DNA from: Phoronis australis
Lineage: Eukaryota > Animalia > Phoronida
Length of the DNA: 40,490 bases
NCBI GenBank assembly: GCA_002633005.1
Contig: NMRA01000878.1
Span: 25,960-66,449, forward strand
Direction of reading: 5' to 3'
The notes beneath the pieces are model-generated. The model did not search any database, was not told the origin of the DNA, and worked only from the letters and a program-made list of their open reading frames with translations. The position numbers and the translations under genes were made by a program. Within the stretch, counting starts at the first letter, position 1. The number at the start of each line of letters is the position of its first letter. Of this stretch, positions 12,201 through 23,180 are shown one piece after another.

Positions 12201-14319
12201 CGGTTGAATTTCTTTCGTCTAATCCACGTTTTACAATAGATGCCAATAGATAGGTACACACTGGATGGCCATCATTGCATAATGGGTGACCACGTGGTCT
12301 CCGGGCATGAAAAGAATTCTCTCCTGGCGTGATAAGTTTTCTGACGCAATAAATCCTGGTTGTCAATTGTTTTTGATTCTACAGAGATTTCAATTCCTGA
12401 ATAGAAAATGTGTGTTCTGAATTTTTCCGCTTCAGCTTTCCATTCAGCTAACTATTGCACATCACCGTGTTTTTACTATCCCGTGGCGGCTCCACTGCCG
12501 TCAACGAATCACTTCTGGTACAACCTTCCGTAAATGACGTTCGTATTTTGCACATTTCTTCGGGGTAACAGTTTTCCAAGAGCTATATGATCAACGGACA
12601 AGTTTCTGTTTGGTATTCGGTTTTATTTTCTTTTTCAGGTAGTCCTTGAGCTCATGCTCTGAATGTTTTGAAAACGCAACTCTTTCTTTACGCAGATACG
12701 TTTTCTGCCCGTGGCACCGACTCGGTGAATTCATCAACCAAAATATTTTTTTGAAAATGCCGTCAAAAGTGTACTTTTTTAAAACACCGTTTTGACCATA
12801 GTCGTCAGTGTAGAAAAGCGAAATGAACAAATTTGTAAACACTGCTCAAAGCACTTTTGTGGACATACGGAAACGCGTGTGCTTGGCATTTCTGATAAAG
12901 CGTTCTCATAATGGAAACTTTTTTAAGACTGAGCACCATTTCAAAAAATTGTATTTTTTCTTACAGCTGAGCACAGAAGAATTATTTTGTGCTTTTAGGA
13001 ATGAAACGGAACCAAATCTCGAGTGGTGACTGATTAGAATTGGCAAAACTCGGGGAGGGGTGGCGTTACAAGCCAAACATGTAGTTGCCACTTCTCATTC
13101 AGCGTCACTTACTACCTGAGGTGGCCAGATCATACGCTATCAATATCACCAGACGCTTTGCTTCTCAAAAGTGCACCTTGATGTATTTTCTATCATTTTT
13201 TGCCATCGCAATCGCTTTACCAAAGATTCACGCACATATGCCGCGTAGAGACAATACCTCTTCACCACGTATTCACATCTTCCCGTTCACAATTGTTTTA
13301 TTTTACATAATTTGTCAATATGTTGTTGACAGAAAGTGTTTATTTTTGGAACAACGTGAACGACCAACTGATAGGGGCCTACGTGTACATGTAACTAGCC
13401 CAGATTTTAACGTCACCGATACATGTAAACAGAATGCGCAAAGCTACAATTGGCTGTAGCCTCAACAGTGGTCATTCCGCGTTTGATGTCACCGTCATAG
13501 TTCGTGGAAATCGTAACCATAGTATGATTTCGATGTTAGAGCCGTCGAAGTCCATGGGTTTAGGGCATACTGGACCGTGAATTTCGCCGGGTCAATACTA
13601 TGAAAATAAAATCCCCGGAGTGAGAACTCTTCGCGGTGTAACAACTCACTCACTAATCCTTCATCATGGGCGCGTGATAGGAGACCGGTGAATAACTTAA
13701 AACACGCAAAAACGATGCAGTTTGGCGTTACACAAACAAAATCAATTGTGGGCGAAGACTGCGAAAAACAGCCGCGTTTACAAAATGACTATACAGCGTT
13801 GTATTGACCGGGAAGCAACCGGTCTAATACAATTTGTTAACGTCAGGAGTCAAATTAAAGATCAAATGTAAAGAAAACTTTCACGTTTTTCATCCAAAAC
13901 TTGTTGCATTGTCCATAATCCAATGTTTACTAATGCCGCTTGCCTTCAACCTTCGAAGTAGTGGTGTTACACAACCGACGTGAACTCATGTAACCGAGAC
14001 AGCAAAACTAGGTTAATTTATTTGACCCTGTGCTAAGACGAATATGCATCGACACGCAAAGTGGTATGAGCCTGACAACCTATTACGCAACTGCTACTCT
14101 AGCCTAACAATAGCAGCCGACCAGCTGGTCGTCTGATGGCCGGTCGGCTAAAGGGTCGGCTGAAGGGTCGGCTGTGGGGTCGCCTTATAAGTCGGCACTG
14201 CGGGCGGCTGCCGGTCGGTTAATTTTTAGCCGACCGGTCGGCTAATTTGCCGACCGGTCGACGGCTGGTCGTCGACCAATTTCCGACCGGTCGGCCAAAA
14301 ATTCGTGATGTGTGCTGTA
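9208..14319 (-). mobile_element. ~5.1-kb TIR DNA transposon (copy A), probable CMC/EnSpm-type, non-autonomous
   Basis: 69-bp TIRs TACWGCACACATCACGAATTTTTGGCCGACC... (9208-9276 / 14251-14319, 3 mismatches), subterminal GCCGAC/GTCGGC arrays, decayed internal ORF, and three more copies in the window. Confidence 0.85.
12180..12842 (-). pseudogene. Decayed ORF resembling the SAMD3-like accessory protein of animal EnSpm elements
   Basis: ELKDYLKKKIK then LLRQKTYHARREFFSCPETTWSPIMQ*WPS...KFNRI resembles the M..T(F/Y)..RR..I....I...WP.L...EF.R motif. Stops and frameshifts present. Confidence 0.5.
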
Positions 14320-14505
14320 GTGTTTGATTTTACTTTATTTCTGTTTCTGTTGACAAAGGACGTTATTACATCGGAAATTTTTAGTTGATCCATTCTTGTT
14401 GTTTTATTTACCTATTTATATTCTACATTTTGAGAAAATCTAATAACCCTTACACGTTTAAATGTTACAAAGAGCAGTGCAAACGTGTGTTAGAACATAT
14501 TAAAC
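14320..14505 (+). mobile_element. Continuation of the Penelope-like pLTR, starting with the right copy of the 73-bp duplication
   Basis: 14320-14392 repeats 9135-9207; 14393-14435 matches the inverted copy near 7600-7645; 14445-14505 matches 8225-8285. Confidence 0.8.
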
Positions 14506-14509
14506 TACA

Positions 14510-15335
14510 TCTCCCAAAACTCTAAGGAATAATGGGATATAGTAAACACTATTCAAGGACAGTTAAAGCAATCATCATATCCCACCATTCAAAGGATGCC
14601 AACACTCAAGTGTCATCCAAAGCTGAAAGTTAAGCTATTTCTATATTATTTCACCGCCAACAGCCACATTCCATCAACATCAATTTTTCCACGTACAAGT
14701 CCAACCATCTGAGGTCCGAAAACTACTAGAAAACTTTGACGTACAGAAACACGACGCTACCGATCTAATAACTACTAAAGGGATCAAGGTAACAGCAAGA
14801 GAGCTAGCTTACAGTTCCTCTGACAATGTTATTTAACAAAACTACTATCTGGAAAATATCCTTTCGACTGGAAAATTGATTTTATGATACCTATACACAA
14901 AAAGATCTCCAACACAGACATTGTCAACTATCGCCTCATTAGTCTTCTCAACACCTTATCCAAAGTTTTAGAAAATATATTTCTCAACATGATTGATCCC
15001 CTTTCGTCACAAAATCTCAACTATCGTTGCCAGTTTGGATTCATACCTGTAATTACTACTGGTCCGAACTTATAGAAATTGTATATGAAATTCATCCCCA
15101 GTTTGAAATCAGTATTTTTAAACATTGCGGCAGCATTTGAGGTCGTTCGTCATGGCCTGCTTGTACATATCTTACAATATTATGATTTGCTTTCTGAGGC
15201 ATTCTCTTCCTACTTTTAATACCATGTATTGAATGCCCAACTTACAATGTCCGAACTGAGAGTGACTTCTCACTCTCATCAACACCGGGTTACGTAAATG
15301 CTGGAGTACAACAACGTAGCGCACAAGGCCCCGTT
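14510..15335 (+). mobile_element. Non-LTR retrotransposon reverse transcriptase fragment (CR1/Jockey-group-like), decayed
   Basis: WK...PIHKK...NYRLISLLNTLSKVLEN, QFGF, VFLNIAAAFEVVRHGLL (cf. FLD..KAFD.V.H), GVQQRSAQGP (cf. GVPQGS.LGP). Confidence 0.88.
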
Positions 15336-15429
15336 TCTTATTTGTATGATTTTTTCATTATAGTGACGGGTTCAGATTGATTAAACTAATAAACACGAGA
15401 CAAAACAGAAACACCCAGCCCATCGCGTT

Positions 15430-16520
15430 GCTTTTACGTCACCTTAAATACATGAAGAACAAAATAGAAAAAACAAGTGTACACAAATTGAAAAATAACG
15501 AAAAATAAAACACAGTCATGGGAGTGATTATATATAAATAAATTTTCCGTATCTCAAAACATTTTTATGAAGACTACAATTTTGCTGATAATAAAGGTTT
15601 GCATAATTTTGATTAATCTACTTTCACAGCTTTTTGTCTCAACTTCAGAGTAAAAGGCGATTCTGGCATTTAAAAGGCGAACAATCAAACAGAAAATAGA
15701 TTTCAGTTTCAATCTGACCACTCCGACAAATTCTATCATCAAATCCCAGAGAAGGAAAACGCCAAGTCTCAACCTATAGCTGTTGGGTTTCGGTTCTAAT
15801 TTGAGCAAGAATTTAGCTATTAGACCGAGTTAAATTGAACTGCACGTAAGAGTCAACGTCATAAACATTCTTCATCAAAAGTTCTTCACTTTGGTTTCGA
15901 ACGGCATTCAAACAACCATCTATTGCAGGCCAAATCATGCAAAATATTCTTACACTGAGAAAGGTTATCAAGTGAATGTAAACCATGAAAAAATCCGAAT
16001 TCCCTAATTCTTCAAAAATGTTCAAAACTTCAGAAGACCAATCATTAGTACAGGTTTTGTAGTCCTACCATAATATTTGGCATGTTAGTACATGTATATC
16101 TTCCTCGAACTTTAGACCACGATTTCACATTCTCAAAAGCTCAGTTTTCCGCCACACACTGGAAAAGTCCCACCTGATGTCACCCATAACAACATGATTA
16201 GGGACGGTTTTGAGAACACCCAAGAAATAACGCGTGGCTCTATTCTGAATAACGTCATTATCCAGTAAACTAGAGCCACACCAGATGCATACACAATAGT
16301 CCCTAGCAGACACAACGCATTTAATGAATAATAGTGAATTTCCTATACCTCATAAACATTCATTTTTTCTAATTTATAAATTAATGCGCCCAACGCTCTT
16401 CCGGCAGATTCGGACAGAGTTTTTGCAGTTTCAGAAATCTTAAAATGTTCGTTTAGAATTCTTCCTACATATTTATATTTGGGCACATAGTCTAGGTCTA
16501 ATCGACCTTAAAGAAACGGA
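15430..16520 (-). mobile_element. 3' part of a LINE ORF2 (tentatively RTE-X-like), decayed
   Basis: YKYVGRILNEH...LSESAGRALGALI, IQNRATRYFLGV...PNHVVMGDIRW, LRLG and C-terminal Cys/His remnants, followed by an AT-rich tail. Confidence 0.75.
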
Positions 16521-17137
16521 AAAACTACGAGAGAAGTGTTTGGATCTGAAGTGAAAAATTTGGAGACACAAGATTTAAACCTGGAAAAAGGGTTGGTCTT
16601 ATCTTTTCTAAGTTTGATAACACTAATTTTCAAACAAGTCCAACGCTGGATTTGTCATTCAATGGCGAAGTAATTCCCCAAAGGCATACACGTGAACAAT
16701 GTGGCTTGTACATGTAGATTACTGTGACATCATCTACCATTCAGCAAAGGCAGGCATACTTCTTCAATTAGAAAGACTACAATACCAAGCAGCTTTAGTT
16801 ATAACAGCAGCATACTCTAATGCAGAAGCAGCTGTAATTATTAATCCGAGTTGAATTAACAAAACAGGGTTGGTTTTCTTTTTCCATAATTTTTGCCCAT
16901 ACTGCCCCTCCCTCCTTATACGTATGAGCGGCGTAAAGGGCAAAAATTGTGAAAAAAGAAAATCAACTATGTTTTGTAAGTTCAACGCTGTTTAATGAAT
17001 TCCATCCTAAATATAGTTCAATCCTGTTTTCCGAATTCAATTCTAATTAACTCAACCAAACGAATCCAATAAAAAAATCAAACCTGTTTGATATTTCTTT
17101 TTATTTTGAAGAGTTCTAGTATTTTGGGATTAACTAT

Positions 17138-17312
17138 ATGCTGCTATTTGCAACCAGACGACAAAATCTGTCAGCACTAAAGTTTGAAATTGGCGATAAA
17201 ACGACATGTGGCATTGCCAAAATGACTGCTGGTGCCAAAAGTTTTACTATTGGAAAACTCTGGGGGCTGAAATTATTTTGTTTCGTTCTACTAGACGGTA
17301 AAGTAGAAACAA
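17138..17312 (+). repeat. Diverged ~180-220 bp dispersed repeat, copy 1
   Basis: ATGCTGCTA..TGCAA...GACGACA...TCAGCA...AAG.TTGA...CCAAAA...GAAATT aligns with the reverse complements of 17952-18156 and 22786-23006. Confidence 0.7.
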
Positions 17313-17951
17313 AAAGGTAGAAGTTGCGAATCTGTTGTTTACAATCTATGAACAGACGGATGGTTATGTAAGAAAATGGCGTTTACTAAACTAATATTGC
17401 TTTTAAAAACGGGTAAGGTGAGTTTTGCTTGACTCACAGATTTTGCAGGGACCACGCCGGTGTTGTTTTTTACGATTAACCGAGAGATGACAAGCAAAAT
17501 TACCCTGGCGTTGTGAAATTTCGAGGTCTATTGGAGATGAACACACTGTGGTGCCCTGATTATTTTGGCGATACTCTCCATACAATTATATTGCTGGCTA
17601 ATTACTTTTCAGCTCGACAGCCGGTGGCTTCGAAAGCAAAAAAAAACATGAAACTGATAACCATACATGAAAATGTAGCTTCCATATTTTTTAATGAATT
17701 TTAATTTGCGTTCACGTTTGGCGCTTTTCGTGTGCATATAATCATAGTCCATGGATATCAGTTCTCAGTTGCAAAGTTGCTTTACAATCTCGCATCACGT
17801 CGTCATTGTTGAACAATATACCTAACGTCATGTAGCAATCAAACTCATCCAACGGATAACTTTGAAGTTTTATGCAATTGTGCCTTCCCAACTAAGACAT
17901 TTTCTTTTTGAATATCTCAGATTAGGCGCTATTCTCGTCAATTGCGAATCT

Positions 17952-18156
17952 CAGTTTCCGGTTATTGTATCGTGCATCTGTTTTGCTGTTAAGTACAACA
18001 AAACAAAACAATTTCGGCATTGAAAATCTGTTCAAAGTTTTGAAAAGTAATTTTCTTGGTAATCGTTAGTACTTTTGGCAATGTTAGAGGTCGTGGTATT
18101 GCAAAATCAACCTTTATTGCTGATTGAATTTGTCGTCGGTTTGCATTTAGCAGCAT
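17952..18156 (-). repeat. Diverged dispersed repeat, copy 2 (inverted relative to copy 1)
   Basis: Colinear motif matches to copies 1 and 3, e.g. caatttcggcattgaaa, agtacttttgg, gtcgtc, tagcagcata. Confidence 0.7.
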
Positions 18157-18399
18157 ACTTTACGATTATTCCGAACAGTTTTGGGTTCTCGTAGTGAGAA
18201 TATTACAGAATGGGTGTGAGCACAAATTGCAATGAGTATCTGTAAAATATTGGTTTCATTAATGCTCATGCACTTACGCTGCCTTGTGTTGTTTGTCGCC
18301 ACTTGTAATTACCCCCTCCCCTACTCCATTTTATCTGTTTTCCGGTGATACAAGACGGCTTTACAAAAGATGTGATTGTCTGTGTTTCTTATTGTTCAC

Positions 18400-19250
18400 A
18401 ATCCTACGACTCAGCACGGGCGACGAGGATGGGATATTTGCTAACAAAACTGAACGTTTTTAGATGTGGCATGCTTGTTTCGAAAAATTTTGTCAAGGCA
18501 AACGACGTGTCAGTGGAAAGAAAAAAAGCGACTTTAATGGCAAATATTGATGCTTAACCATACGGTGTGTTGTCAAATCTTTCTTACCGAAGAAACTACA
18601 GGACGTGGAATCATTAGAAGTAGTATCAAAACTGCGTATACCGTGTACAATTGTGATGACCGAGCGACATCGTTTTACAAGGTGGAACAAATACCAGAGG
18701 AGAAAATTGGTGATTTCATCGTAAGTTGAAACAGTTGTCTAGATACTGTTAACTCGGTGACTTTCTGGATCAGGATCTGCGGGACAAACTGGTATGTGGT
18801 TTATGTTCAGTTCCTGTTCAGTAAAATTTGTTGACAGAAACGAAATTTTTAAAAATCATGCGAAATGACCCAGTCTAAGGAACTAGCTATAAGCAATTCC
18901 ATGCAGATTAACAGCGCAATATTGACGTCTTTGGTTCACCTCCTTTCGTCGAGGGTGAAGTATGGCCGCTGTGATGACTCTCACGTGTCAAATTATTGTA
19001 AACGCAAAACTTCTAAATGCAGATTTTGCGGTAAGATTGGACACCTGGAGAAGAAATGTTTCAAGAAAATACAAGGTCTAAGCTCGGTTTTCACACCAAC
19101 GATAGTCTACGCGCTGGGGAGAAGAAAAAGAACCCGATGACCAACATGTTTTGAAAATTGACATTGTCAATGATGTTAATTCTGACTCTAAAATACGTTT
19201 AAATGTTAATGGTCATGTTCAAGCACAATTTTAAATTGATACAAAGCCAT
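18400..19250 (+). mobile_element. Gypsy-type LTR retrotransposon gag-protease relic
   Basis: FVKANDVSVERKKATLMANI, RATSFYKVEQIPEEKIGDFI, DLRDKLVCGL, zinc knuckle CRFCGKIGHLEKKC, protease-like F*IDTKA near 19230. No LTRs found. Confidence 0.82.
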
Positions 19251-19757
19251 ATTGAGGTCAACCATTGCAGGCATGTCAGACTAAATACTGGAGTCAGTGC
19301 AGTCTCTCGTTAAAGCAAACCTTTTTTGGCTGCTGTGCCTGCTTGTGCTTTTTATTTGGTAGCAGATCAGCTGATTTGCAATCAATGATAGGGGATGACA
19401 CCTATATAGTCAGTACAAATCGCACAATACTTCAAAGTATGTAGTTGCGATTGCACTAGATGGGTACATTATGTACATATCTAAACATTTGGTATGCATA
19501 GTGACAAATACGTTGTAGAGAATTGGAATACCTTTTACCCAATGACAAATAGAGGTTTTACTATTGATGACCTACTGTTTCCACAGTTATACATACCAGC
19601 TTTTACAAAAGTAAGTCACAGCTTATTAAAAAGATCTGACAAAAACACAAAGCATTTCCACGGTAGACATCGACGTGGAGCGAGCAATACGAAGACAATG
19701 TTTTCAAAATTTTAGTAGCATTGTGCCAGTGTTAAGCACAAAATAAGTTTATAACAG

Positions 19758-20151
19758 CAGTGGTGCATTTAGAGAGGCGTTGAGGGGGCCATGGCACGAA
19801 CCCTAAAATTCTCTCAGATTCCATTTTGCAGCTCGGGATTCGAGTTGCTGAATGGCATATACGCGCACCCGGGTTCTCGGGGGATGCAATGCACAATTCA
19901 TAGCCTTGAACAAATGTCAACAAACTCAAAAATTCGAGCCCTCTACATTCCTAGATTTTACGCAGGGTTCGCGCAGGTAGCGAAAAAATCCTGCCTCCTG
20001 TTCAGTAGCGCTAGGACCTCGCTGAAAAGCAAGACTTCACGGGATTACGTGAGACATTGCCGTGTAGTTTGAATGAGAACACGTGTTAGATTTTAGCTAG
20101 GTCCTAGGTTAGGTCCTAGCGATACTGAACGCACGCAAGGATCTGCCCCTG
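19758..20151 (+). mobile_element. hAT-like MITE (CAGTGG...CCCTG) containing further inserts
   Basis: Termini cagtggtgcattt / ggatctgcccctg; shares ccctaaaattctc.cagattccattt.gcag.tcg with 35983-36148. TSD not preserved. Confidence 0.55.
20000..20130. repeat. Small MITE with 20-bp inverted repeats
   Basis: gttcagtagcgctaggacct (20000-20019) vs aggtcctagcgatactgaac (20111-20130), 19/20 complementary. Confidence 0.7.
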
Positions 20152-21249
20152 AAGCTAAACTACATGATTGTCTGTGTTGTGCTTGTGAACCTACGTGCTG
20201 TACTGATCAGAGATCAAAACTTAGAAGACAGGGACTAACTTGCAGATTCTTTTGCTTATTCAAGATGGTAACATTTACCTTTCCTTTGGGGAAAGCTGGT
20301 ATACGATTTGAGAAATTACAATTTATACCACATGCGTATTTGAAGTAAAGCCTGCATGTATCATGATGTATGGTTCAAAGATACCATGCTTGGAAAAACA
20401 TCCAAAGTACTTCAAGCAATGAAGTCAGTAAAGCTTTGCAAATGTCAATTCTCTTAGCCTCAATTTCGTCCACGAGGCATTCAAGAAATTTCTGAAAGTA
20501 AAATGTAATCGCCCGGTCAGCGGTTTGCTCGATAAAGCTTTCAGCGTATGGCACATCTACGATATTAAATCATTCACAGTTCTGTACATGACGAGTTTTG
20601 TTTCCTTAAGCCCAGTACAAAACATGGTTGTAGATATCATTTTTTTTCAATGGACTTCTTTATATGGGTATCAACGGGACTGTTATGCTGTGTAACTGAA
20701 ATAAGTGACTAAGGAAAGGAATCTTAAGAACTAAGGGAAATCATAAGAAATTCATCACAATGTTGCCAAATTTGAGAATGTTTATTTGGCTCTGGGATGT
20801 TTCTGTGAACACTGTGTCGTACTGCTAAGAACATTTGTGGATAGATTCCAGGGGACAGCCTAAAGAAAGTAAACAAATTAAAAGAATACATATGACCAAG
20901 ACTGGAACAGATCCATTTGAAATAATTAAAAACTTAGTTAGAGAAATAAATAAACAATAAATTCATGTCAAATCACATATTTAATAAAACATAAACCTTA
21001 TACACGAAGACGACTTTGGATAGCTCACTAACATACTGAACAGCTGTTCTGTTTTTGTTTATGACATTCCTATAATAGCCGACGTCGGTATGCGAACCCT
21101 ATGACCGTTGTGTAAACTATAATACGAAGTTACACGATTTCTGTCTATATCTAAGCCGACTGAAAGCATAACCAATCTTCCATAAACAGCGTCAAGTTCC
21201 ATATGATATGATTGGTGCTATTAATTCTTATATTGACCGTTTGGTTTCT

Positions 21250-22035
21250 GATGGTATTCTCAATCTGAAACCCAACGACTTAGAAACCAAACTCCGTCAT
21301 TGAGTATGGATGGAAGTCAAATTGAAAACATGAGTTCCTTTACATATCTAATATACACGTATGATCAAAATCTTAAATTCTGTTACCATTTTCATTATAT
21401 ATCGAAAAAAGATGTTTATAAGAAAATCGGCTTATTGAAACGCATCAGTAAATTTGTGAACGGAGTAAAACTGAAAACTCTTTTCAATGCTATCATTCAA
21501 TTTCACATAGATTATTGCCTTCCGATGAGGGGCGTTGCATCAGACAAGAATATGAAAACTGTCCAGGTTATCCAAATAGGCCTGCAGGGGTTATTCTGAG
21601 AGCTGGTGTGAGAGATATTAACTTAAAAAAAACTTCACATGGAAACTGGATTAATGAAAATACACACGAGACATAAATAATCTCCTTGTTGTATGTGCAA
21701 ATGTTTTCACCACCTTGACCTAACTTACTTAAGTACTAAGTTTAAGATGACTACTAATAGCTACAATACTAGGTCCTCATTATCATCCTAATTCAATCGT
21801 CCGAAACCCAGGAAAGAAACTGGGGAAAATCATTTTCCTACAGTGGGCCCTATCTATGGGACACTCTCCCTGCAGATGGCAAATTTGCACCATCCTTGGT
21901 AAGCTTTAAAATAACTATAAGAAATCGATTTAACTTCACGTAGATATGCTCTGTTTAGCAAACTTACATTCAGTATCTCCATACCAGACTTTAAGTCATG
22001 TGTTTATATGTGTATGTGTGTCTAACCATGTACTT
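21250..22035 (+). mobile_element. 3' end of a CR1/L2-group LINE (post-RT region and start of 3' UTR)
   Basis: DGSQIENMSSFTYL...DQNLKF...KKIGLLKRI...LFNAIIQFHIDYC...VQVIQ, later YNTRS and F.YSGP.LW.TLP-like motifs. The TG/TA-rich UTR appears to resume at 28993. Confidence 0.8.
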
Positions 22036-22465
22036 CCCTTACAAAAATGAACTTTTTTCATCGAAAAACTTAAGTTTTTGGTCTAAAAACCTTAAGTTTT
22101 CATTCACAAAAACCTAAGTTTTTGAAACACTTCAGTTATAAAAAATTAAGTTCGTTCCAAAAAAACTTGTTCCAGAATACTTAAGTTTTCGCCAAAGTTT
22201 TCTGAAAACTTAAGTTTTTCAAAAACTTAAGTTTTTCAAAAACTTAAGTTCTGAAAAGTTAAGTTTTAAAAACTTAAGATCGTTCCAAAAAACTTGTTCC
22301 AAAATACTTAAGTTTTTGAAAAACTTAAGTTTTGGAACAAGTTTTTAGTAACAAACATAAGTCATTAAAACTTAAGTTTTTGAAAACTAAGTTTTCAGAA
22401 CATAAGTTTTCAAGGAACTAACTTTTGAAAACTGGAGTTTTCTAAAAACAATAAGTTTTTCAATA
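22036..22465. repeat. Array of palindromic AAAACTTAAGTTTT units (left arm)
   Basis: Many imperfect AAAACTTAAGTTTT copies at irregular spacing; begins cccttac. Confidence 0.9.
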
Positions 22466-22785
22466 GGACAGGCATTCAAAAATTTCGACGTTCACTAAAA
22501 CAAGAGTGGAGTACAGTAACAAATTTAATGATTCTCATCAAGATTTAACAAACTAGACTTCTATTAAGATTTCATTAACAGTGATTAATTGCAGAAAATA
22601 AAATGCACTTCCTAAAATACACTAGTTCCTTAAAATAAGTGAACATAAGTGAAATATCAATATCTTATCAACCAGAAACATTTCAAAAATGAGATCATCA
22701 AGTGTCATCATAGATTATAGACAATAGATTTGCAACTCCGGCATATCCTTACGTGCTGAGTTGAACTCTCCTGACCTATCTGCTG

Positions 22786-23006
22786 CAGTTTCCGGTCAGT
22801 GTATTTTGACGAGAAATACTTGCATTTACTTTACTGTCCAAAACAACAAAAAAATATCAATTTCGGCATTGAAACGCTTTTCAAAGTCTTTCAATAGTAG
22901 AAGTGTGGGTATTACGAGTACTTTTGGTTATGCTACTGGTAATCAATTACAAAATTCAAACTTCGGTGCCGACTGATTATGTCGTCTGCTTGCCCAATAG
23001 CAGCAT
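22786..23006 (-). repeat. Diverged dispersed repeat, copy 3
   Basis: Aligns colinearly with 17952-18156. Confidence 0.7.
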
Positions 23007-23114
23007 AGTTATCGGACAGTTTTTGATTTACGGTTCACATAGGCCTACTGAGAAAAGTACGAGAGCGGGTTTATAAATCAACAGTCTCAAGTGAGCAGTT
23101 CTTCTGGGAAGTGT

Positions 23115-23180
23115 TGAGTGGCCCTTAAAAGGGCCGTTGGTTGTAGGTATAGCGTGAAATGGTTTTAAAAGAACCGTTGA
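23115..23180 (-). promoter_or_regulatory. Two tandem histone-mRNA-type 3' stem-loops with no histone ORF
   Basis: Minus strand CCAAC-GGCCCT-TTTA-AGGGCC-ACTCA (stem-loop 23120-23135) followed by purine-rich CAGAAGAA; about 40 nt upstream is TCAAC-GGTTCTTTTAAAACC-A (23161-23175, one base short of canonical). Confidence 0.7.

Larger units (their letters stand above)
19399..20200 (+). pseudogene. Harbinger/ISL2EU-type DDE transposase C-terminal relic, interrupted by MITEs
   Basis: SQYKSHNTSKYVVAIALDGYIMYIS, SDKYVVE, MTNRGFTIDDLL (cf. MADRGF.I.D), LYIPAF, DVERAIRR; resumes after 20151 with MIVCVVLVNL. Confidence 0.8.

Noticed and set aside
16745-16830. Signal-peptide-like first exon on the minus strand (MLLL*LKLLGIVVFLIEE) as the start of the FN3 gene
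   Set aside because: In-frame stop at the fifth codon and no independent support.
22040-22465. CRISPR-like appearance of the AAAACTTAAGTTTT arrays (also 28620-28990)
   Set aside because: Units are short, degenerate and irregularly spaced with no unique fixed-length spacers or cas genes; the context is eukaryotic.
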